From Candidatus Saccharimonadota bacterium (GTDB lineage: Bacteria > Patescibacteriota > Saccharimonadia > Saccharimonadales > Saccharimonadaceae), in contig CP006915.1 in the NCBI GenBank assembly GCA_000503915.1, positions 570,001 through 602,000 of the forward strand: a DNA stretch of 32,000 nt. The letters run 5' to 3'. The notes under the pieces are model-generated. The model saw nothing but the letters and a program-made list of their open reading frames with translations. It had not been told where the DNA came from and did not search any database. Positions 1 to 8,157 of this stretch are shown here, piece by piece. The stretch's first letter is position 1, and every line of letters starts with the position of its first letter. The position numbers and the translations under genes were made by a program.

Positions 1-81
1 TTCGTCAGAGCGTTACCGGATGGATCATCAACGGGTTTCGCCGCTCGACGAAATTATCTATATATTACCATATTTTTATAT

Positions 82-648
82 TTAAAGCAATGAGTGACTG
101 GTGATAACGTGCTGGCCGAGGATGAAATCTTGGATGATTTGATTGACCTGTGGCTGGATGGTCTTTGTGAGAAGGAGCATTTCATCTTGACTGAGTCGTG
201 CGAGGACGAAATCAACGTCGGCTATCTGACTGCGCTGCTCACTGGCGATGCCAATACGCAGACGGTGGTAATTTTCACCGAGGTGGGCATTGAGCGATTT
301 AATACCATTATTGCCGGCGTCACTCCCCCTGTCGCGGATACGGAGTGTACCAAACGGTAGCGCCAGTTCGTCGTGCAGCACCAGAATGTCGGTGGCGGGA
401 TCGAGCTTGTAAAAATCCATGAGCGCGCGAGCTGAACGACCGGATTCATTGTAGAAAGTCGTTGGCTTCGCCAGGATGACCTTTTCACCATTTATCGACG
501 TCTCAGCGACGACGGCAAGGAATTTAGGCTTGGAACTATAAGTTGCCCCCCTTTCTTCGGCGAAAGCGTCCAAACACAAGAAGCCTACGTTATGTCGCGT
601 GTAGTAGTACTCTAGTCCAGGATTACCTTGTGCAAAGATCAGCTTCAT
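82..648 (-). CDS. pth: peptidyl-tRNA hydrolase
   Basis: 188-aa ORF. N-terminus MKLIFAQGNPG..YYYTRHNVGF and internal VLHDELALPFG..RIR..GS.AGNNG match the Pth family pattern. TAA stop at 82-84. Confidence 0.9.
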   Translation of the reverse strand: MKLIFAQGNPGLEYYYTRHNVGFLCLDAFAEERGATYSSKPKFLAVVAETSINGEKVILAKPTTFYNESGRSARALMDFYKLDPATDILVLHDELALPFGTLRIRDRGSDAGNNGIKSLNAHLGENYHRLRIGIASEQRSQIADVDFVLARLSQDEMLLLTKTIQPQVNQIIQDFILGQHVITSHSLL

Positions 649-670
649 ATCTGTAAAATAGTATATACTA

Positions 671-699
671 TTGCATTCTAATATTAATTATGTTATAAT
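671..699 (+). promoter_or_regulatory. sigma70-like promoter (TTGCAT-17 nt-TATAAT) for the 761..1096 gene
   Basis: TTGCAT at 671-676, a 17-nt spacer, and consensus TATAAT at 694-699, in the AT-rich divergent region between pth and the downstream ORF. Confidence 0.45.
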
Positions 700-716
700 A
701 CACCGGATTGTCCTTT

Positions 717-737
717 GATGACGGATTGTCCGTCATC
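717..737 (+). promoter_or_regulatory. 5' leader hairpin (8-bp perfect stem, 5-nt loop)
   Basis: GATGACGG (717-724) pairs with CCGTCATC (730-737). It lies between the predicted -10 and the AAGGAGG Shine-Dalgarno at 747-753. It overlaps a 10-nt direct repeat CGGATTGTCC at 704-713 and 722-731. Confidence 0.4.
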
Positions 738-760
738 TTCTTCCCCAAGGAGGTACAATC

Positions 761-1096
761 ATGTACAAGCTCACGATGGCGATCATGAAAGCGGTCACAC
801 TGACTCTGCTGGTCGCCGCGGCCATGTTTTACTTGCTCGAGGGAGAATCTGCGCGGACGTATGCCTTCGCTGTGCTCTCGGTCATCGCACTGATCGTCGC
901 TCTGATGATCTGGGGCGAACACCACAGCAAGCTGAAGAACGCACCGAGCTCATCGGTAACGCTCTTTGAGCAAGAAAGTAGTATTACCACTGCACTCAGG
1001 CTGGTCCGCCAGCTTCCGGAGCGTCCAGTGATGTACTACAGGGGCGAGGTCTTTGACTTCGTCCACAACGACCCGACCCAGCCCGATCCGGCCTGA
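761..1096 (+). CDS. small membrane protein, hypothetical
   Basis: 111-aa ORF with AAGGAGG 7 nt upstream of the ATG. It has two hydrophobic segments (AVTLTLLVAAAMFYLL, FAVLSVIALIVALMIW) and a terminator hairpin downstream. Confidence 0.55.
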   Translation: MYKLTMAIMKAVTLTLLVAAAMFYLLEGESARTYAFAVLSVIALIVALMIWGEHHSKLKNAPSSSVTLFEQESSITTALRLVRQLPERPVMYYRGEVFDFVHNDPTQPDPA

Positions 1097-1126
1097 GTTG
1101 GTTTCTGCCCCGTTCCCTAATCGGTC

Positions 1127-1165
1127 GAGCCTCGCTCCCGTGCAGGGTGCGGGGCTCTTCCTTTT
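1127..1165 (+). terminator. rho-independent terminator-like hairpin
   Basis: GC-rich imperfect stem GAGCC-CGC-CCC / GGG-GCG-GGCTC (1127-1157), followed by TTCCTTTT. Confidence 0.5.
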
Positions 1166-1213
1166 GGTGTAATCTCAGCCTACTCTCAGGTCAGTGCCCT
1201 ATAATCTGTCAAG

Positions 1214-2881
1214 ATGAGCATGCGGAGCAATTTTAAGGCAGGCCTGTATCGCGAGGCTACACTATTTGAGCAACGTCTGTCGTCTCCTACCGTGTCGTTG
1301 ATACTGGCGGGATCGATCCTCGGTGCCTTTATTTATCTTTTCTTTCTATTGCAACCGAGTGTTCGCGGCGACCTCTTGCCGTATATTCTAACGATCATTG
1401 CTGAATTTTTCCTGGTCTCCCAAGGAGTGCTGTCGTTTTGGACGATTCTCAGCGGTCGGGCAAACCCGCGCCATTTCGAGTATCACAATGCTCAAAACGG
1501 CCTCTTCGGGCAGCGGATCGGTAAATCGCTCGCCAAAGATTTACATGAATATGTCTCGGAGCAGACGCGGGAGTTGCAGATGTATATGCACCGGAAAAAG
1601 GTTTCCGTTGATGTCTTCATCCCTGTTTACGGTGAGCCGGTTGATGAGATCAAAGCGACCGCCCAGGCTGCGCGCGACATGTACGGCAAGCATGAGACAT
1701 ATATTCTCGATGATGGTGAGTCAGATAACGTAAAGAAAATGGCGCGCCGAATTGGTGTCGGCTATATCAGGCGCCCACGCCATGATCACGCAAAAGCCGG
1801 TAATATCAACTATGCACTGCGTCAGACCAAGGGCGATTTCTTTGTGATCCTTGACGCTGACTTTGTAGCAAAGCCCGAGTTTCTCTACGAAACACTCCCC
1901 TTTTTTGAAGATAAAGAAATGGCGATGGTACAGACGCCGCAGTTTTACAGCAACGCACTTAACTTTGTCTCTACCGCAGCCGGCTACATGCAGCACATCT
2001 TTTATTCCATGCTCATGTCTGGTAAAAATCGCTTCAACGCGGCCTTCTGCGTCGGCACCTGCGTGGTCTTTCGCCGCGAAGCGATCAAAGGCATAGGCGG
2101 TATGTATGACCGTTCGAAGTCTGAGGATATCTGGACGTCGCTAAAACTGCACGAGAAAGGCTGGCGAACAGTCTACATCAACAAAGTTCTAGCTGAAGGT
2201 AAAACTCCCGAGACGCTCAAGGCCTACTCCAAGCAACAGCTCCGCTGGGCGACCGGCAGTTTCGAGATATTCCTAAAGAGTAATCCGCTGCTAAACTTTA
2301 AGCTGAGTGTTGACCAGCGGTTGCAGTATTTTCTGACGACAACGTTTTATTTCAACGGATTTGTCGTCTTGGCGCTGCTCATCCTGCCGGCACTGCAGAT
2401 TTATTTCAACATCTCACCGATTGCCCTCTCAATCCCCCTTTGGCAATGGGCGCTGCTCTACTCCGGCTTTTACGTGATGCAACTAATGCTGTCGTTTTAT
2501 GCGATGGGTGGCCTGAGACTCGAGACGATCATGATTTCTGCCGCTTCCTATCCGATCTACGTCAAGGCATTTTTTAATGCTTTATTTGGTCGCGACCAGG
2601 CGTGGGCAGCCACAAACGCTCGCGACGACCAGTATGATTCGCCGTTTAACTATATCCGCATCCAAGCCTATACTTTCCTGTTTCTGTTATTAACTACCGT
2701 CGTTGGTGTATGGAAAGCCTACTATACGGCGGAATTTTCAATCGCCGTCGTGTGGGCTGGCGTGATGACAGCTATCTTTGGTTATTTTGTTCGCGCGGCG
2801 CTTCGTGAGGGGCGACAGCTAAAACGAGAAGCAAAGAAAGCAGCCGTGAAGCAACGGACATTACAAGGAAGCAAGGCTTAG
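1214..2881 (+). CDS. family-2 glycosyltransferase, processive beta-glucan synthase (BcsA/CrdS-like)
   Basis: 555 aa. Motifs in canonical order: YILDDG, VILDADF (DxD), VQTPQFY, FCVGTCVVFRREA, SEDIWTSLKLHEKGW (TED-like), QQLRWATG (QxxRW). It has 2 N-terminal and several C-terminal TM segments. There is no PilZ-like C-terminal domain. Confidence 0.85.
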   Translation: MSMRSNFKAGLYREATLFEQRLSSPTVSLILAGSILGAFIYLFFLLQPSVRGDLLPYILTIIAEFFLVSQGVLSFWTILSGRANPRHFEYHNAQNGLFGQRIGKSLAKDLHEYVSEQTRELQMYMHRKKVSVDVFIPVYGEPVDEIKATAQAARDMYGKHETYILDDGESDNVKKMARRIGVGYIRRPRHDHAKAGNINYALRQTKGDFFVILDADFVAKPEFLYETLPFFEDKEMAMVQTPQFYSNALNFVSTAAGYMQHIFYSMLMSGKNRFNAAFCVGTCVVFRREAIKGIGGMYDRSKSEDIWTSLKLHEKGWRTVYINKVLAEGKTPETLKAYSKQQLRWATGSFEIFLKSNPLLNFKLSVDQRLQYFLTTTFYFNGFVVLALLILPALQIYFNISPIALSIPLWQWALLYSGFYVMQLMLSFYAMGGLRLETIMISAASYPIYVKAFFNALFGRDQAWAATNARDDQYDSPFNYIRIQAYTFLFLLLTTVVGVWKAYYTAEFSIAVVWAGVMTAIFGYFVRAALREGRQLKREAKKAAVKQRTLQGSKA

Positions 2882-2883
2882 CG

Positions 2884-3612
2884 ATGACGATCGGCGGTAG
2901 GCTTAAATTCGTGATCGGGATTGTGATAGTATTCGCGCTTGCTGCTGGCGGGTTCCTTTACCTAAACTATTCGATGTCGAATATCACCTCACGAGCGGCA
3001 ACGCTTGAAGCGGACTCGTACGCCATTAGCGTCGAATATGGCGGCATTATCGAAAAGCAGTACGTCGATATTGGCACTGAGGTGAAAAAGAATGATCCGC
3101 TGTTTGAAATCAACAGTTCAAGTTTGAAAGATGCGCTCGACAGCAAACGGGCAACCAAATCCGGCCTGCTATTTTCATTGACGCCGGACGGCAATATCCT
3201 GCTCCGTTCCAATAATAACGGCGTGATCCGCCAAGTGAATTACCCTGAGGGCGCCTATCTACCATCGAATACGCAAATTGCCCAGCTGGCTGTAAAAGAC
3301 TCCGACTACGTGACAGCAAAGTTTCTGCTCAGGGCGCCGGACTATTCACGGATCGACAAGAAAAAACCACTCCACGTTACCTTGCCGGATAATACACAGC
3401 TGGAAGCGAAAATCTTTGATATTACTTTGCAGCAGGAAGGTGAAAACGTCTATACGATCGTGAAGGCGCGTTTTAGTCGCGGCGCAACGATCAATTCAAA
3501 CTTTAGTCCGGGTACGCCAGTATCGGCAAACTGGCAATTGCAGAGCAACAGCTGGTACACGAACATGCTCAACCTGTTGAAACAGTTGATTAAACCAACG
3601 ACCGAGTCGTAG
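2884..3612 (+). CDS. HlyD/membrane-fusion-protein-like adaptor, single N-terminal TM
   Basis: 242 aa, starting 2 nt after the GT2 stop. N-terminal TM FVIGIVIVFALAAGGFLYL. Lipoyl-like hairpin GGIIEKQYVDIGTEVKKNDPLFEI. Second half GVIRQVNYPEG..IAQLAV..YVTAKF..PLHVTLPDN..EAKIFDI resembles a HlyD beta-barrel segment. Confidence 0.55.
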   Translation: MTIGGRLKFVIGIVIVFALAAGGFLYLNYSMSNITSRAATLEADSYAISVEYGGIIEKQYVDIGTEVKKNDPLFEINSSSLKDALDSKRATKSGLLFSLTPDGNILLRSNNNGVIRQVNYPEGAYLPSNTQIAQLAVKDSDYVTAKFLLRAPDYSRIDKKKPLHVTLPDNTQLEAKIFDITLQQEGENVYTIVKARFSRGATINSNFSPGTPVSANWQLQSNSWYTNMLNLLKQLIKPTTES

Positions 3613-3621
3613 CGGGCGGCC

Positions 3622-5586
3622 ATGAGAGGGCTGGTTGTCATTAGTACTATCGCAGTTTTAACACTTGTAGGACTTGGCTCTGGTCTACTGTATTTTGGTG
3701 GCAGACAAGACGGTACCCTACCTGAGCCATCGAGTGATTCGAAGCCGGCACCGTCACTGATTGATCGTGTCACACTCGACTCGCTCTCTCCAGTGACGGG
3801 TGAGCAGCTTGACTACAGTCATCTTGCGGCAAATCTCACACCACCGACCAACAAATGGTTTAGTGGCTTTGCATTACAGGCGACGCCTCGTCCGGGTTTT
3901 AGCTATCCAAATAGCTTCAAGCCAACCAATAATGGCTTTGAGATGAGTCTGCCGCAAATTAAGGCAAACCCCGATCTTATTATCGGCCCGCATCGCGCCG
4001 ATATACCAGTGCACATCGTTGGTGCTAGTAGCTATAAAATTACTCGTTATGATGAGTTAACGGTCGACCTGACCTACTACAAAGGCAAAACGGCGCTTGC
4101 AACCGTCACGGTAGCGCAAGGTTCACCATATGTTTTTATGACGGCAAAGCAACGCGTGGTAATTCGAGCTGCTGGATTCTCTAAACAAAAGTCGGCAATA
4201 AAGAGAGGTCACTTCTGGTATGGCCTACAAGCGGCCGGTTCGTGGCAAGCTGACGGTCTTCGCCTATCACCCAAACAGACCATGTCTCTATATAGCGCGT
4301 CTCAATCGGGCGATCTCTCGCTATTGAAGCGGTATGCGTCGAACGTGGTAACATCGGCCAAAGCAAGCTACGCGCTTACATCAAGGCAGGTTCGTACTTC
4401 ATTCACATTTACGACACGTAACCATCGGCCGACGGTATTTGCTTACCTACCCCATCAGCAACATGGCAAAAAGCTGGGAAGTGTCAGCTATCGCTCGATT
4501 CTCGGTACACTGCGTACAGCCGTCGGGACGACGTTTACGTATGATGTTGAGCCTATACCGGTTGCCTCATCTTTGACGATCCATTCCCTTTCCGTTATTG
4601 ATCAGGCTGTGCTGCGGGAGCAGCTGCGTCGCGACACGGCTGCGAGTCAGCTGGATAAACAAGATAGCTATTTTGCTGGTAAGCAACTCTACCGTGCGGC
4701 GCAGCTGTTAGATCTTGCTTATCAACTGGGCGACAGCGACACGGCCAAGCAGCTTCAGGCACATCTGAAGACCCGGCTAACGGGCTGGCTGACCAAGGGA
4801 AAGAGTACGCCGCAGTCGTTTGGCTACAACAGAAAAGCCCATGGTATTGTCGGTCGCGCTGCAAGCTTCGGCTCTAGCACGGAGTTCAATGACCATCACT
4901 TCCATTATGGGTATTTCATCTATGCGGCTTCGGTGCTGGCACGCTATGACGAAGACTTCCTACTAGCGTATAAGCCGATGGTTAACTTACTGGTTGCCGA
5001 TATCGCCAACTATAAAAATAATGAGCCACTACCGCTGCGCCGCGTCTTTGACCCGTATGTCGGACATTCCTGGGCGGGCGGAACGGCGCCGTACTCTGAT
5101 GGAAATGATCAGGAGTCGGTTTCGGAAGCTATGAATGCCTGGACGGCGGTTGTCCTGTGGGGACACGCGACGAAAAATACGGCACTGGAAAACGAAGGCC
5201 GCTGGCTACTCGCCAACGAAGCCGCGACCGCCCAGTGGTATTGGTATAAAAGTAACGCATCAAAGGAGGAGTATTTAAAGCAATATACCGCTCCGCTCGT
5301 CTCGCTGGTCTGGGGCGGAAAACGTGAGTACCGTACCTTTTTTAGCGAAGCACCGAATGCCAAATTGGCCATTCAGCTACTGCCAATGAATCCGACGATG
5401 CAGTTCTTGCAAGCCGACAGGAAGAATCTAATCTTTAAGACTACTGATATTCGCCGTCCGTATGGTGATTTCATCTTGATGGCACAACGCGGCGCTACGA
5501 TCGATCAAGCACGCTCCTTGCCCGACACAGCTATCGATGACGGCAATTCGCGCACTTACCTGTATGCGTGGGTACTGACGCACTAA
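3622..5586 (+). CDS. glycoside hydrolase family 81 endo-beta-1,3-glucanase, membrane-anchored
   Basis: 654 aa, starting 9 nt after the previous stop. N-terminal TM anchor. GH81 signature blocks FNDHHFHYGYFIYAASVLA, FDPYVGHSWAGG and GNDQESVSEAMNAW (paired catalytic Glu context). Confidence 0.85.
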   Translation: MRGLVVISTIAVLTLVGLGSGLLYFGGRQDGTLPEPSSDSKPAPSLIDRVTLDSLSPVTGEQLDYSHLAANLTPPTNKWFSGFALQATPRPGFSYPNSFKPTNNGFEMSLPQIKANPDLIIGPHRADIPVHIVGASSYKITRYDELTVDLTYYKGKTALATVTVAQGSPYVFMTAKQRVVIRAAGFSKQKSAIKRGHFWYGLQAAGSWQADGLRLSPKQTMSLYSASQSGDLSLLKRYASNVVTSAKASYALTSRQVRTSFTFTTRNHRPTVFAYLPHQQHGKKLGSVSYRSILGTLRTAVGTTFTYDVEPIPVASSLTIHSLSVIDQAVLREQLRRDTAASQLDKQDSYFAGKQLYRAAQLLDLAYQLGDSDTAKQLQAHLKTRLTGWLTKGKSTPQSFGYNRKAHGIVGRAASFGSSTEFNDHHFHYGYFIYAASVLARYDEDFLLAYKPMVNLLVADIANYKNNEPLPLRRVFDPYVGHSWAGGTAPYSDGNDQESVSEAMNAWTAVVLWGHATKNTALENEGRWLLANEAATAQWYWYKSNASKEEYLKQYTAPLVSLVWGGKREYRTFFSEAPNAKLAIQLLPMNPTMQFLQADRKNLIFKTTDIRRPYGDFILMAQRGATIDQARSLPDTAIDDGNSRTYLYAWVLTH

Positions 5587-5604
5587 GACGCTCGAGCTAG
5601 CGCT

Positions 5605-7002
5605 CTATTCTGCTGACTCTTTTGCTTGTTTGTAAGCTTTAGTAACCGGTGCCTTGCCCTGGGCGACACGCTCTTTATTAGTCTTGATCTGTTTTTCATC
5701 ACGGAAACTGAGCTTGATCGGCGTCCCGGTGTAATCGTAGGTTTCGCGGAGCAGCCGCTCCAGGTAGCGTTTGTAGCTCCAGTGGATAAACTTTAGATTG
5801 CTGCCATAGATAACGAACCAAGGCGGTGTAACATCAGTCTGGACAATGTAGCGTAGTTTCGGATGAGTGTTTTTCAAACCGGCTGGCGGATGGCTCTGAA
5901 CCGCTCGTTGCAGGAGATCGTTTAAGATGCGCGTTTTCGTCTCTTGGTTGCGGCGAGTTTCAATCTCGGTCGCCAGGTCAAAAAGCTTGGTGACGTTCTG
6001 TCCCGTGACTGACGAAGTAAAGACCAACGGCGCCCAGGGCGTGAATTTGAAATTATAAGAAACGCGCCGGGCAATGTCGTCGCTGACAGTTTCGTCGCGC
6101 TCTTCGAGACTATCCCACTTACTGATGACGATGATCATACCCTTGCCTGCTTCGTCGATGATGCCGGCCAAGCGTTGGTCGAGCTGCGTGTTGAGTTCAT
6201 TCACATCCATGAGGAGAAGGCAGATATCAGCTTCTTCGATAGCCTGCAGGGTACGCAGCACACTAAACTTCTCAATACCGACTTCTTGCTTGCCCTGGCG
6301 ACGGATGCCAGCGGTGTCGAGTAGTTCGACGGTGCGGCCATGGTAGCGTACATGGACGCGGTTGACGTCACGTGTTGTACCAGCGATGTTTGCAACGACG
6401 GCTTGTTGTTTGCCAGCAAGTGTATTGAATAAATGGCTCTTGCCGACGTTTGGACGACCGATCAGAGCGATGCGGAGAATGTCATCATCTTCCTGTTCGG
6501 TTCTAGCTGGAATCTCGCTAACGATAGTATTCAGGACATCAGTGATGCCGCTATTGTGCTCGGCGCTGGTACGGATGATGGTTTTGATACCAAGTCGGCG
6601 GAACTCGTTGTCTGGCAAAGCTGTCTTTAAGTCGGCTTTATTGGTGACGAGGATGACGGGCTTTTTGGTCTTTAGAGCTTTTTTGGCCACCATACGATCG
6701 TCGTCGCTCGGGTAGAGTGAACTATCGACAGTGACGAGGATGATATCGGCTGCTTCGGCCGCTTCTTCGATCTGCTCCTGGATGGAGGCTTCAAATTCAT
6801 CTTCCGGGTTCTTCAGACCGGCCGTATCGACCAGCCAAAATTCGTGGTCGCGGTAGCCGACTTTGCCGATAACATTGTCACGAGTAGTACCGGCTTCACG
6901 GGCAACGATCGCCTGCTGTGCTCTGACCATACGATTAAAAAGCGAACTCTTGCCGACGTTCGCTTGGCCAATGATTGCCACGGTTGGTAATTTTGAAGCC
7001 AT
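5605..7002 (-). CDS. der: ribosome-associated GTPase Der/EngA (two tandem GTPase domains + KH-like C-terminus)
   Basis: Two P-loops (GQANVGKSSLFN, GRPNVGKSHLFN), two DTAG motifs and two NKxD motifs (TNKAD, SKWD). The ORF extends to 7035, but the ATG at 7002 (MASKLPTVAIIG..) gives the canonical N-terminus. Confidence 0.9.
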   Translation of the reverse strand: MASKLPTVAIIGQANVGKSSLFNRMVRAQQAIVAREAGTTRDNVIGKVGYRDHEFWLVDTAGLKNPEDEFEASIQEQIEEAAEAADIILVTVDSSLYPSDDDRMVAKKALKTKKPVILVTNKADLKTALPDNEFRRLGIKTIIRTSAEHNSGITDVLNTIVSEIPARTEQEDDDILRIALIGRPNVGKSHLFNTLAGKQQAVVANIAGTTRDVNRVHVRYHGRTVELLDTAGIRRQGKQEVGIEKFSVLRTLQAIEEADICLLLMDVNELNTQLDQRLAGIIDEAGKGMIIVISKWDSLEERDETVSDDIARRVSYNFKFTPWAPLVFTSSVTGQNVTKLFDLATEIETRRNQETKTRILNDLLQRAVQSHPPAGLKNTHPKLRYIVQTDVTPPWFVIYGSNLKFIHWSYKRYLERLLRETYDYTGTPIKLSFRDEKQIKTNKERVAQGKAPVTKAYKQAKESAE

Positions 7003-7028
7003 AACTCTCAATAGTATAACAGAGGTGC

Positions 7029-7057
7029 ATGACATTTCCTATAAAATAAAATATAAT
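7029..7057 (+). promoter_or_regulatory. sigma70-like promoter ATGACA-17 nt-TATAAT directly abutting a start codon
   Basis: ATGACA at 7029-7034, a 17-nt spacer, and TATAAT at 7052-7057. The ATG at 7065 is only 7 nt past the -10 and has no Shine-Dalgarno. Confidence 0.4.
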
Positions 7058-7064
7058 AAAAGCA

Positions 7065-7451
7065 ATGGAGCAATTATCACCCACCGAACGGGCAAGACTT
7101 GAAGCGCTTGAAGCGCATATTTACCACTGGTCACACGTGGCAGAACTTACTTTTCAAGCGTTTAATGTGAAACCGTCGGCCCGCTGGGTCGAAGGTGATG
7201 TTCGGGATGCGGATAAGCCTACTTCGTTGATCGAAACAGTACGAGAAGCAAAGCGTATTGACGTGTACCCGACTGATGAATATAAGCGGCAACTGATCAT
7301 CGATGCCGTGTTAGATATGACTACCCTTCCCGATGAGGTGAGGGCGTCATTTGACTGGGAAGATTATGCCGACTTTGTGGGCGACGTCGTGGATTATTTC
7401 GATGAGATGCTGGAAAAAGGCTCGCGATACGACATCGTCAGCGCTGCGTAG
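7065..7451 (+). CDS. hypothetical acidic protein
   Basis: 128-aa ORF with no recognisable motif. It fills the gap between der and the pseudouridine synthase gene. Its 3' end overlaps the convergent gene by 14 nt. Confidence 0.55.
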   Translation: MEQLSPTERARLEALEAHIYHWSHVAELTFQAFNVKPSARWVEGDVRDADKPTSLIETVREAKRIDVYPTDEYKRQLIIDAVLDMTTLPDEVRASFDWEDYADFVGDVVDYFDEMLEKGSRYDIVSAA

Positions 7452-8139
7452 AAGCTGGGGTATCCTCAAGGAGACGAAACTCACCTGAGGCGAGGTCGCC
7501 GAGCTGATAACGCCCAAAATGGGTGCGATGAAGCATAGTGACGGTATAGCCGAGTGCGCCAAATGTCCGGCGAATCTGACGGTTACGACCCTCTTTCATC
7601 GTGATACGCCAATCAAGTCGGCTATCGGTGAGCCGCTCGAGCTCAAGCTGGCTTTTACCGTCGGGTAGCATAACGCCAAAGTCGCTGATCATTTGCTGGT
7701 GAAGCGGCGCTAGTGCATGGTCGAGGGTTACTTCATAGACTTTTACCTTTTGGAATTGGGGATGAGTCATTGTAAAAGCGAAGTCACCGTCATTTGTCAG
7801 GAGCAAGATCCCGGAACTATCTTTGTCAAGTCGTCCGACCGGTTTTAAGTGATGATACTTCTCAGGAATAAGCTCATAGATTGTCGGTGTCTCACCCTGA
7901 GCGCGGCGCGAGCAGACGTAGCCAACGGGCTTATGAAGTAGTAGGTACTCAAGCTGACGAGGAGTAGCAAGCAGTTTGCCGTCGACACGTACCTCGTCAT
8001 CGGCTTTTACACGCGTACCAAGCCTAGCCGTCAGCTGATTGACGGTTACTTTATCCTGCTCGATGAGTTCGTCAGCTTCACGGCGAGCAATGCCGAGCCG
8101 AAGCGCCAGATATTTATTTAGGCGGGTTGTTTCATCCAT
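7438..8139 (-). CDS. RsuA/RluB-family rRNA pseudouridine synthase with N-terminal S4 domain
   Basis: 233 aa. S4-like N-terminus RLNKYLA..GIARREADELI..V.VN. Catalytic motif GRLDKDSSGILLLTNDG. C-terminal GRNRQIRR. Confidence 0.85.
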   Translation of the reverse strand: MDETTRLNKYLALRLGIARREADELIEQDKVTVNQLTARLGTRVKADDEVRVDGKLLATPRQLEYLLLHKPVGYVCSRRAQGETPTIYELIPEKYHHLKPVGRLDKDSSGILLLTNDGDFAFTMTHPQFQKVKVYEVTLDHALAPLHQQMISDFGVMLPDGKSQLELERLTDSRLDWRITMKEGRNRQIRRTFGALGYTVTMLHRTHFGRYQLGDLASGEFRLLEDTPASTQR

Positions 8140-8157
8140 GACTGATGAATTATACCA

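Noticed and set aside
1-81. Possible 3' end of a plus-strand gene entering from the left edge
   Set aside because: More than one frame is open for only ~30 codons with no recognisable sequence. The evidence is insufficient to call it.
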